A stretch of 60,280 nt of DNA, counting the filler, from Sphacelaria rigidula (taxonomy: Eukaryota): the NCBI GenBank assembly GCA_964200075.2. It is 5 parts of 5 records of this genome, joined end to end, with 100 filler letters (N's around TTAATTAATTAA, not from the genome) between each part and the next. Parts side by side here need not be neighbours in the genome. Positions count along the whole stretch, not along the records: positions 24,158 to 36,132 come from CAXNAA020004277.1; 4 more parts are not named here. One strand, 5' to 3'. Positions 24,158 through 36,232 of the stretch are shown in pieces; the stretch's first letter is position 1, and every line of letters starts with the position of its first letter. A program made the translations under genes and the position numbers. Below the pieces are notes generated by a model that was given only the letters and a program-made list of their open reading frames with translations, searched no databases and had not been told where the DNA came from.

Positions 24158-27100
24158 ACACGTCATTCCTGACCAGCCTCATCGGTCGTTCTGGAGGCCC
24201 GGTCCCAAAAAGGTTAATTGGTTCTAGTGTGAACCACCATACTTGAATTTTTACAGGTCTCACAGTCCCGCGTGCACTCCAATCGTGCTCAGCACACGAT
24301 TTGGCTCAGCTCGGTGCCTGCTGCGCCGATTTGAGCTCTGCCAACGCAAACTTTGTCTGCAACATCGCATGTACCCTCCTTGCCCGAGGGTTCTTGCTCT
24401 GCCTTGAGTAAGGGTTTAGGCTTCGAACAGCCTTAAGGTTTTGACAAAAAAAAAAGAGAGCATCTTCAACCACGCACTTGAGGAGCTGGGTTGGGGAGAA
24501 TCCTCCTCCATGAGACAGTCGTACATAATCGACACTTGTTCACGCTTCAGGTGTGACGGCGCTCAACACGTTGCTGATCACGCTTTGCTGTTGCTTAGCT
24601 CAAACAACGGTCCATGCGCGCACCACCGAAAAACGTACAATACCCCAGAGCAATTCCGATAGGCGTCGTAGGTAGCCCGCTGTTCTATTCCATCGACCAA
24701 GAGGCAGACACATGGATGTAGCAGGACAGTTCGCGCAGCATCGAAGTCACATCAGACGACAAGCCAACCAAAGTCAGCAGCTTCAAGTTGCAGCGAACTT
24801 GGCCGATGCCGGTGCGTCATCTCTCATTTTCTTGTGCATGCAACGGACACAGGCACCCCCAAAACTGCCAAAACAAACTGCCAAAAAAACTACCTGTATC
24901 CCCACCGTCGCAACAAGAAAGCGGACGTCTGTGCGGCCACGCCCAGGGACACGTCGGCAAGTCCTTCTCCCGCCGCGTCGCTCCTCCCCAACCTTGACAT
25001 TTCGGGCTCAACTGTCCGTATTGCAGGGCTATGCAGAGACCCGTTCAACCTCCGAGCATTTTGTGGTGATACATGTGTTCGAGGCGTATCTCGATGAGTT
25101 TGCATTCCCCGTCCGACAGTTTCGGCACGAGGTCCAGACGACGTCTCCGCGTCTGTCGGTGGGATGGCACTGTTGTCTTTTGCGGTGTCGAGGTAGAGCA
25201 GGGAAATCTGGACAAGCGCTCGCCACATCTTGGCGGCCTGAGAACGGTATACACAGGCATGACAGGACACACGCAGGGGAGCAGTAACGGGAGCACGCAT
25301 AGATTTCGAGACGTCATCGGGCGTGGAGGTCTCAAGAAGAGAGTTGCTGAGGAATATGACAGGGTACAGAGTGGACACTTACAGCACTGTGCGAACGGGT
25401 TGAGCGGTTCACGATACGCCATAGCTGGTACGCGTCCACGTCAATTATCTATTTTCGTGACGTCCATACACAGCAGGGTTTCCGCGTCCCGACATCCAGG
25501 GCGGACGAGGGTAGTGCATACGGACTTGTGGCCGGGGCTCTTGATACCAGTCAGAGAGAAAACGTTCATGTACAGGAAATCACACGTTAGCGCTGCTACA
25601 GAGTGTTCCACCTGGTTCCCCATCCGCAGCAATCCCCAAGTGTGAACAATGATACTGACAAGTGTGAACAATGATACTGATTGGGGCAGGTGTTCATTCA
25701 AGAACCCAGGGGTAGGTTAGGATGCATCCGCTCACACGGAACACTTGTGCAGCACACCGCAATCAGCTCACCACTTCCTGTTCCGGTATACCACGCTTCG
25801 CTCTGCGAAGCACCTCCGGTGTCACCCCCTCCACTCCGAGCCATCGCAATACCCCTTCCACATACACAACAAAGCCCGGAGGCTTGGGCACATTCCTTTC
25901 GGCAGGAGAAGTACCCCCCCCCTCCTTTCGTCCCCTGACACTTGCGGGATCGCGCGCAGTAGGTGCCGTCTGTCGCCTGGACGGCGCTCGAGCCTCGATG
26001 CCAGGGCTTCCGCGAGTGGGCATCATGCTCTACTGGCTCTGCTCGGACCGTTTCCAAATCGTGGTAGAAAAACGTGAACGGGTCGGATGACACAGAGGGT
26101 GAGGGCTGGGGATTGAGCATTGGATGCCTTCCGAGAGTCGGTGCAAATGGTGCCGCTTCGGGTCCGCGAGGGTCATAGGTATCGCTCGAGCGTCGGTGCA
26201 ATCCTGCTCTGGTGGGTTATGCTAGTCACAAAGATGAGATGGTGCAGTACTGTATAGTGCAGCAGCTTTTCATGAAAAGCTCAGCAGGCGCATGCGCCAA
26301 AAGGCTTTTTCTTGGATTACTGCTCTTTTGGACAAACTCTTACAAAATATGTGTGGGCATTTAAACTTCACCAACCATCCCGAGGAGCTATTGGGAATCC
26401 ATTCCACCCTCTTTTACTCTTATTTGCTTCCAGTCTACTGTGTCGTTCAGTTCGACTCCACTTTTTTTTGTTTATTTTCTTGGAGTGTGTTTGAATTCCG
26501 TTTTTTTTTAGTACGTCTATCATGAGAACACGGATGGACCCCTGGGGGGTCAATTAAAGTGCGACAATCAATAAATCAAATCAGTCACATTTGAGCGTTG
26601 GTGGGGGTAACGGGGTCCAACGTGGGCATTCTACGGCTCCCCGGGACATGTACGATGTAATCGCTAGTAAGATAGCAGGGTACGTCGTAAGCTTCGCGAT
26701 GGGAACACATGCCACAACCATGGCGACCATGGGCGACGCACGCAAGAGATGCGTGGAAACTGGTGCCAAACATCCTAATGCCTGGCCGGTGGAAATGATA
26801 CCTCTGGCACTCTCATCTTGGTACGAATGCCGACAGAGGATCATTAGAGTGGGTGAAGGGGATGTGGGCGATACCTAAAGATGTGAATTCTCGAAGTGTC
26901 AAGTAGGGTCCCATGTAAATGCTGGTATGTGTATTTATCCACCAAAAACGCCGACCCTTTTGGAGGAACCGGCCTGGCTTGCATTTTAGCGTAATTCGAG
27001 GCAGGTCAGTTCGATATATCAAGATAAGTCTAAACAAGGCCGCGCTCGCCATTGAGCGAAACAGTCACTGCACACAATGTGGAAACGATGCATACGCGAG

Positions 27101-27222
27101 TAGATAAAAGAAGAAAAGCGAAGGGACATGTCACGTACCACTACTGCTGGATCATTCGGCCAACCCTTTAGGTGGGGGTGATCTGACCCGAAAGTCGATC
27201 TAACCGCCCCATCGCCTGTACT

Positions 27223-27600
27223 GTGTGTGTGTGTATGTTGTCATCCCATCTATTCGGCACGCCACTCTACACCTTTCGGTATAGGTGGTCGCATCAGCCG
27301 GGGTCACACAGGAGGAAGGTCAACACAGGGGTATATTTTATTTTATTTTTTGATTTAGTACCCGCACCTTCCTTCTGTGGAGCTCGCCTTAAATTATTTT
27401 CAATGTTTATTGCGAGAAGGGCTCAGTGGTCCCTTTCCGTCGTCGATCTTCAAGTCGAAATTTGAGTACCCACGACAAAGTCGCTCTTCACTGCTGGGCA
27501 GATGTGAGAAAAAATCCCAGATCATGTGATTTCACCGAGATTCGAACCCACATCCCAACCGTTAGAAGGTTTCGAGGTTACCAACTGAGCCACCGGGGGG
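27223..27600 (-). mobile_element. tRNA-derived SINE
   Basis: A and B boxes on the minus strand; (GT)n on the plus strand corresponds to the CA tail. Confidence 0.75.
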
Positions 27601-28752
27601 GCCTGAAATCACTTATTGCACTTTTATGGGAGCAAGATCTGATCAGATCACCCGAACTAAAATGATATTTTGAAAATGCTCCGAGATTTTTTGAAGATTT
27701 GAGCGTCACACTAGCGCTTCTTTCAGCGAAGTTGCGCATGTCTTTTCCCGGTTCAGGGGTGGTCAGATGAGAGTGTTGCCCTGTTCAAAGATGGTCACGT
27801 GAGATTTTCCCTTTTGCCATCCGGTTCAAAGATGCTCATGTCTGACTTGTGTCAGGTTCAGGAATGGCCATGTGAAGGTTACACTTTCGCCATCCGGTTC
27901 GAAGATGGGCGTGTAAGAGCTTGTGTCGCATATGAAAATCCTTGGACAAAAAGAAACAGGGTGGACCAGTCAAGCCCAAAATGGAAGAAAACACGGAGCC
28001 GCACGCGTTAGCGCCAGAAAACAACACCAGAGGTTATCAAAACTCATGATTTTATAGGTTTCCAGTGCACGGCGCTTCGAAGAACGTTCGCAGATTTGGG
28101 TCGTAAACGCGACCACGAAGCGTATGCGTCGGCACAACCCAACCTCACAGACCCTCTTACCCCGTTTCAACCCCGCAAGCCTCAGGTTACACCTCTCCCG
28201 ACGCACACTAGTATAGCCCTCGGGTTCAGACCCCCGGCCAGATTGTATGACCCAGAGTGATGTCGAACGTGCAAAAATCATAAGTTTTGAGACGCCGTTC
28301 CCATGCTCTAGACAAAACACATCACTCGCTTGACGACAGTAAGATACCGCAACAAGGTGTACATTACCAATACGTTTGTTTATAGTTCCATTTTTGCCCC
28401 GGCAAGATCCGGAGCTTTGTCGCTGAAAATAGGTCCGTTTTGGGCGTACTGTAAGCTGTCACTGTATTTACGGCGAACATCACGAGAAAGAGTAGGATGA
28501 AGCCACATGCCGCGAGTTCGTACATACGTCTCAGCGTACTCCGGCTAGCCTCTCAAATCCGGGGAACATACGAATATGTTCAGGTGCGCTGATAAGGCGT
28601 CATATATACTGGTCGCCAGTGTTTCTTAGGCAAATTGCTTGCTCACAAAAACATGGCCGCGCCCCGGTGATCGAATGGTGCCACTAAACACCAGGAGGTC
28701 GGCCGGAACAAAACGGGTTCGATTACCAGCAGATGCGTTCTTTTTTCTTTCT

Positions 28753-29214
28753 AAAGTAACTCCTTATGTGTCAAAATATTTTTTGTTGAAAAGTGTTTTT
28801 TTCGCCCGTCTCCGTCGATTTTCGCCCGAAAAGAGGGCTAGGTGGATGTTAACACCTTGGAATGACTTGCTCTAGTCGTTGAGACCGTCCCAGAGCACTT
28901 GTGCGTTTTCCGTAGGTCACAGTTTTCTTTTTGGCCAAACTTGCATTTCCAATAACGAACGGTCAAGTTATAAAAAAACTGTCAGTTTTCCCCCTATTTT
29001 TTTATGAGTTGGCCGCTTGTTATTGAAAATGCAAGTTGGGCCAAAAAGAAAACTGCGACCTACGGAAAACGTAAAGGTGCTCTGGAAAGGTCTGGACGAG
29101 TAGAGCAAGTCATTCCGAGATGTCAACATAGTCCTCTTTCCGGGCGAAAAACGACGGAGAAGAGCCAAAAGGCACTTTTCAACAATAACATTTTTTAATA
29201 CAAAAAAAGTAGCC
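28753..29214. mobile_element. Foldback MITE, same family as 22882-23351
   Basis: Same palindromic arms (CTCCGTCG...GGGCTAGGTGGATGTT...TTGCTCTA); fragment also near 5730-5850. Confidence 0.78.
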
Positions 29215-30943
29215 TAGGGCATTCTGTATCGGATTTCCGACGTTGAAAAACGCCAGGACGTGAGCAGTAAAAATAACAAGGTTGCATTTGACGAGAGGCA
29301 ACGCGGTGCGGGAGTGCTGATCCAATCCCCGATATCAAAATGTAAGGTGTTTACAGGGGGAGAGATCGACGAGTTGATACTGACGAAACCACGGACTCGT
29401 CCCGAGGACGGGAAAGGGTTGAAAGTGTGTTGAGATAAAAAAATGCTGGTGACGACTGTGCTGAATCAGTCGCGGCAAAGCCTTGAGGATATTGATTGCC
29501 GAAGGGTCACGGCCGGCCCTGCCTTAAGCATGGTGTCACTCTAACCTTTTAAACGTCAGGTGGGGTCAACTGGGTGTTGACCCTACGATCGCCAAGGTCA
29601 GGCATACGGGTCTTGCATTCATATTTCGAGCGAATATGGTGCCGATCCTGAAGATCACCAAACCTGTGGATCTTATGGGTCTTGCATATATATTTTTTAC
29701 GAGAACGGTGCCGATCCAGCAGATCACCCACCCTGGCGGCCAAAGGGTTGAAACCCTTCTTCTGGTGAAATCATGCCGATCCAATCGAGTCCGGAGGTCA
29801 AAAAGGATTCAGGCCGACCCGGACTTGACCTGGTATTACCCCAACCCCCTTAAGCGTCCAGATCCCTATTTGGACCTCAGGCCGACGGACCTCTGCAAGG
29901 ATTCGAAACGGTCGTTTGCAGTGTATACACACACATATACACAGATCCTACTTTTAGCCTCTTCATTCTTGGGACGAGTCCATTGTCTCAATGTATCAAC
30001 CCATCTCTTTCCTGGTACGCGCTTGACCTTTTGGTAACGCGAGTTAGATCAGTTCTCCCGCACACCGCGTCGACTGCCCCCAAATGGTGTTTGCTACGGA
30101 CGTCTTCACGCTTTCAAATACCGAAAGCAGATACTCGTGACAAAAATATATAGAAGTGTGTACGTACCGGGTATCGAAACCCCTACTCGGCCTGAAGTAT
30201 ATTTCCAACATGTGCCATTCAGAGGGTGGCGGCATCAACAACGCCCACATAAGAGGGTCGTTGCCACGCACATATGTCGATCGTCATCATTTTTCGTGCA
30301 TCACTGACCACCACCAGCGCACTGGACGTCATGGTACAGCAAAAGAAAACAGCGGTGATGGCTCCAGTAGAATATGTGGCCCTGTATTCACGAAGCTTCT
30401 CGGCATACACAGCAGAAAAAATAATAAATCGCGTATGAAAAAAACGCGCAGCAACCTCGCTCAACCATCGTCCAAGTTCACCATGTGATCTACATGCACA
30501 CTGACCATAAAAGTATTAGCTTCGGTGCAAATCAGCCAACCGCTCGTTCCTTCATACCATATGTGTTCAGATCATATGTTCAGATCATATTTGCCCATGC
30601 CCATTAAGCGTCAATCAAGCCTACACAAACAATATTCCGGAAACACCCGCGAGACGGTCAGCGTGTGTGGGGGGGAGAACGGAAAAGGTACACAGGCCGA
30701 GGGTTAAGGTCGACTCTGTCTCGAGTACAGCCTCACTTTAAGATCAACTCACCATGTTTCATGTCCCGCAAATTTGACGGTTCTATATCGGCATTCGGTC
30801 TCATTGAGAATGGCCTTGGATTGGAACCACCGCTGTTCTGCGCAGCTCTCGCATGATTTTGGCCATCTCGGAAGTTCAAATGTCTTTTGGAACTATGGGT
30901 GCTTGGAACGGCTATTCATGGTTGACGTCGCAGCAAAACGGCA

Positions 30944-31193
30944 GACTAATGCCGAGATAGCCCCCCCCACAAAAAGTGCACCGGAGACCATTCGACAAAC
31001 CGGCTGCGATCCCACTATTGCGCTCGTTTACAGCGATTTCGCCCACATGAAAGGCGTGTAGCAGTCCGAAATGAGCTATAACGCCCAAATGAGTTGCGTC
31101 GTGCAGCACGAAACCAGCCATAACGGCATTTATGATCATCGCCTCCGTGAACCTTTTTGGCCGGTCCGGGGGGGGGCTATCTCGGCAGCAGTC
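30944..31193. mobile_element. 250-bp MITE with 4-bp TSD (GGCA)
   Basis: TIR GACT..TGCCGAGATAGCCCCCCCC; GGCA on both sides. Confidence 0.8.
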
Positions 31194-32199
31194 GGCAAAA
31201 AGAAGTACCTGGTCGTAAAACCTCACATTTCGAACCCATAGGGTTCGTATCAATTATTCCACGTGCCATATATTCGTCGCGTGCGGGTCCCAATTGGTCT
31301 ATCTTGACATCGGTCAGTGCGAAGTACGGAGTTCGATCCTCAGCAGATACATATTTTGTGCCGAATTCTTGTCAGACGTAAATGGTTCCCGTCACTATAA
31401 ACGTGAGAGCGTGAGTGGGCAAAACAAATTGACGATGACGGTCGGCGCAGTGCGCAAGTGTTGGTCATGATCCAGTCCGCGATACCAAAATGTCAGGCAT
31501 GCCCCAGGGGAGACATAGGTTGATCCCTTGAGACTACAGACTTGTCCCGAGGAAGGAAGGAATTAAAAGTATGACGAAACAAGGGGAGAAAGCCCTAGAG
31601 GTTCAAACTATGCCAAAAATACCCGGGAGCAGCGCGGGGGGGGGGAGGGGGGGGGGCGTACTCATTTGTTGCTTGCCTTAGTCGTTTGACCATTGACCAC
31701 GTATCCCTTTCGAGATGGAGCAAGGGGGGGGGGAGGCGAGCTGTCCGTTCTAGGGGAGAAAGAGGCGGACGCTGCGGCGACAGTGTTTACACACCACTAC
31801 AGAGAATGGTATCGGTAACTTCTCACAACGTTTATGTTGTCGCTTAGTAGTCTTATTTCTTGTTCCAGTTCTTCCGCACAACGCAACTGTCTGAATGTAT
31901 TCCATGTGACTAATGCAACATTGACCATAGATCTCGACAAGCAAGCCCACCACTCAAGTTGTAGAGTAATATTGTTTCACGCGAAAACAAAGTGATAGCT
32001 CAGAGGCGCAGAGCAGTGCACAAAGTTCTGACAATCAAAACCGACATTGCCTATTCCTGTCCGGGTGACTGCCATGCATCATCTGGGTGAACAGGGGCTC
32101 TCCGCCTGCCCGTCCATCACTCCTTTTCACAACCCAATCTTACTGTCACGCCAGACACGTCCGGTCCCTGCCCACGACACGGGTCTCAGGTCCCGTGGT

Positions 32200-35100
32200 A
32201 TCTTACCGAGTAAGAAGCAAGCACACCTGCACCTATCGTCGAGGGTAGAGTGGAAGGTATCCTCTGTCGGGGAGTCCATCTCATCGTCAGTACTGTAGAT
32301 AATTCTACTCTTTGGGCGCAGTGGGTGTTACCCGTACAGATTCACTTCAAGGGTTGGTTTACAATCCAGCGCTGACAGTCCTCTGCCGTAACCACCGTCT
32401 TCTGAATCGCTGAGCCCCAAATATCGTACAAGTGGCCAGAGGGACCTGGAGGCGTATATCGCAGTCTCACATGCTTCTGTGTCAGTTTTGTTCTGTCTGG
32501 GGTATGGCTATAATGTGACCACGGCTGGATTCCTGGGGGGTCAGCTAACCGTTGGACGGCGAGAATAGAGTATCTGTCGAAATGACATCACTTTTACTTC
32601 AAAAAAATACGCATGATCCAGATGGACTACCCTCGCAGTCGAAGGGTTAAAGTACGACAATCAATCAATCAACCGATCAAAATCAATATGTGTCGTTGTC
32701 AGCGTGTACACAACGTACCAGGTTGTGGTCGTGAGGTTGTCCAATGAACACACAAAATATCAATACTGCGTTGTACCTTGTACCTTGTATATGAACTAAA
32801 GCGTGGGGAACATGACTGTATGCGACTCAAGGTAGAAATCCCAATAGTCGCCAGTGCGGCCATCGGGCCATCCTTGCCTAACATGGACAGCGACTGCCAA
32901 CTGCTCTCACATTTGCGTGCGCTCACACTATACCTTCTGCTGAAACATGGGATCAAGTCAGACGATCCAGGGGGAAAACGTTGCTGTGCGTTCACATACA
33001 GCCCACCGCCTAGACGGAGGCGTGAAAAAGTAACAGAAAACTTATACGACAAAAAGGGCTCAGACGCAAGCGTGGGATGCCGGCGGCACAGTCGATGCTG
33101 TCGTACGCGCTTGTGGTGCAGAGTTCGCCGGAACCTCGGATGCTACGCTCTGCTTCACCAAGTTGTCCGTGGTGTAGGGACGTGTCAGACAGTGTAAACG
33201 AGCTCGAGTTGTAAAACTGGAGATACTGTTGTACAGTGCAGTATGATGTGTAGGAAGTAACAGTTCCAAAAAAGCGGGGCTTGGGTGCCTAAGATACGAG
33301 GTATGTGTCTCCTGGATAAACGGGGAAATGGCAAGCGCTCTCTCCATCAACATCAGAGTGTTGGCGCTTTTTTTATAACCGTTTGTCGCCCTCAGTCTCG
33401 GACACTGATTTCACCGTTCGGTTCAGTCTCTGCCACAACAGTATACTACAACTGTATTACAGTGTAGTACATATCACAACGGTGGAGTTTAAGCAAGTTG
33501 GTCGTTGAAATTCACGGTCGAGCAAATACTTGGCTTCAGTGTAAACAACAATACCACACCCGGATTTTTCGGGGGCTGACAGTCCCAATTGACCGGAGGT
33601 GGGTTGATCGGTGTCGGCTACAATCTGTCCACGGTTACATTCTACACCTATCGCTAACCCGGACGCTAACCCCAAACCAAGGCATACCGAGAACCGTCGG
33701 GCAAGGGAGGTACGTAGGATTCCCCAGGCAAAGTGCGGCCTTGGTAGACCCTGAATCGGCGCCTATTGCACAGATTTGAACGAAAATGCGTTCTGCACAC
33801 GGCAGGAGCACACGCAACTGTCAACCCCACTAAAGATCCAATTATCGTTGTTTATATTCAAATCAAGAAATATCAACCATGAACAGATTGTACCCCAACC
33901 CCGATTATCTCTACTGGTTGATCGCCACAGCGACGTCGATATCAGCTCCGCGAACGCATATTTTCCCTCGGATACCACTAGCATCTCCCTTGCCCGAGGG
34001 TTCGCGGTATGCCCTGGGTCGGAGTTAGGGTTATGCTTGACAATTCGCACCAACGTGTCTAACAGAGAGTAAGACAGACAGTAAGGGTTGGATGGACCGA
34101 CTGAATGCTGTGTGCAACTGCCCGCATTCGTCGGTTGTTCGACCTTCGATTAGGTGCTTACTTCTTTTCACATATCCATATAACATGGTTGACGACATTG
34201 AGGTCTCATCATACTGTCATAGTAACACTGCAAGGATGTCGTATTGTACTGTGCTCTACCTTGTCTTGCTCGCTCGCTCGCTAGCAGACGCCCTTCGCTT
34301 GGACACGCTCTCATAAAAGTGGGTGCAAAGATAATTAAAGTTTCACGATCTCCTTCTGTGTCATTGTTTGTCACATACGCGCCAATCCAAATGTCGTTGT
34401 CCACCATCGTGTCCTTGCCTGGTTGGCAGGCGTTTGTCGTGAACTTCATGAAAGCGTACCCGTTCGCCCCTCTTCCTCCTCATCTTCACCTGTTTCAACG
34501 TCGCTGAAGCTTCATCACACCCTCCACCACACCAAGCACGAGGAACAGGCTGAACACCAGCGACGTGCTCATGGAATTTTGAAACACCCGTATCTGACAA
34601 AGCTGCACGCTTTGCAGTGGACAGTGTACCAGATAACACTCACGATTTGGAGACGCCCAGCGCCCAGACCAGCAAGCTTGTGCTCCGGGTTCTTCTTGGC
34701 AGCGCTTAATTTAAGCGCTGCGGAGAATAATGCGGAGCACAAGGTTATCTGTCTGTGCGTCGGGCATGTCCCAACCGATAGTCTAGTACAAAGTAGGGAG
34801 TCTTTGTTGAGTATGGCTGTTTCAAAATTCCACGAGCACGTCGCCGACAGTCAGCCGGTTCCACACGCTGAGTGGGTGATTGCGTTTGCGATATAGCTTC
34901 ACTAGCGCCGTGTCCAGGTGGCGATTATGAAAGGAGAAAAATCTGGAGAGTGGGGAAGAGGATGATACTGGTGTTTCTACGAAGATCTCAAACCCGCACC
35001 TCGCCTCCACTGCCACGGTGAGTCAGGACTGTTCCCAGAATTTCAGTGGATACGTTACGCCTGCTCGTTATGGCTGGCCAGAACCACAGCATTGAATGGA

Positions 35101-35900
35101 TCGTGTGAGTCGTGGAAGCGGCTCGTAAAAGCCTAGCGAGTGCCATGTCGCCGACACGGTTGCGGCAACAACTGTTGCATTGCGATTCGCTTCGTGATGG
35201 CGTGGCGTGGTGGTGCATCTGTTCCGAAAATGACGTGATTTTTCGAGACACTGCAGTGGAGTGAAATGCTCTTTTGAAGTGGAAGGTAATCGTTATGGCG
35301 AATGCGGGCCTTCCACCGGATCAGGTCGCACATCCACCATCCTGAGGACCCAATGAAGAGCCCGCCGAGCCATAGCATAGACCCGTTTCCCCTCTCCGCG
35401 GTACATATTTCCAACAGGGAGTAGTGCTGCGATACCCCCCCCGAGAAAGTAGTGGGTTTAGGAAGGTGAAATCTGCTTGCAATTCGAAATGACAGACGCC
35501 AAGCACACCGAGCAGCTCGGAACTCCCACGCTCGGCATCATTTTGGCCAGTATCGAAACCAGCTGTCATGCTCTGTATGATCATTTGCTTCGTGCCAATT
35601 TTGGGGATAGTTTGGGAGGGGAGTTATGGCGGCATCACTCTGGGGCTTGTTCTATGCGTCGTTTGGACGGCGTTTGACTGGGCCGTGTCCATATGGCCAT
35701 GACTGGTGCGGGGTAGAAGACACACCAGTGAACACCTTGGAATAGAGAAAGTAGTGTGTAAAACGAGCATCAACATGCACGGAGATATTCTCATGTGTGC
35801 CAATAGTTGGCGAGCAACGATGTGCTTCATTTCGGGCGTCACCTAGTTTGCCGCAAAAATGCACCAATGTGGAATAAAATCCATGCTCACAATATGTTGA
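32200..35900 (-). pseudogene. Possible fossil intron-containing hAT-like transposase, interrupted by MITEs
   Basis: Ordered motif-like fragments with stops and frameshifts: C/H-rich start, KQMIIQSM, PAITSRRNVSTEIL, IGAYVTNN, TRW, YWDFY...FPTL*FIYK|IL, WSHYSHTPDRTKL. Pattern recognition only. Confidence 0.35.
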
Positions 35901-36132
35901 GAGTGATGCGACGATAGGGCGGGAGATGTTTGATTTCACGAATAACAGAGGCTCACAGGTGTGTCAGACGACCTAACTACTCGCGGTGCGTGTGTTTGGG
36001 CGAAATCGGTGTCAAGTGGTATAAACGAGTGTGTCTTATTGGTAACGAGCGCGTTCGAACAAACATCGCTGCTTTCAGCGATGATTTGAGGCGTAATATC
36101 GTGGAAGAAATAGCGCGAGCAAGACCCCGCCC

Positions 36133-36232
36133 NNNNNNNNNNNNNNNNNNNNNNNNNNNNNNNNNNNNNNNNNNNNTTAATTAATTAANNNNNNNNNNNN
36201 NNNNNNNNNNNNNNNNNNNNNNNNNNNNNNNN
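36133..36232. other. Artificial contig-join linker
   Basis: Same 100-nt structure as the other gaps. Confidence 0.97.

Noticed and set aside
33650..34035. Interstitial telomere (CTAACCC/TTAGGG)
   Set aside because: Only one or two degenerate units, within the inverted ends of a dispersed repeat also seen near 24375-24422 and 50955-51110.
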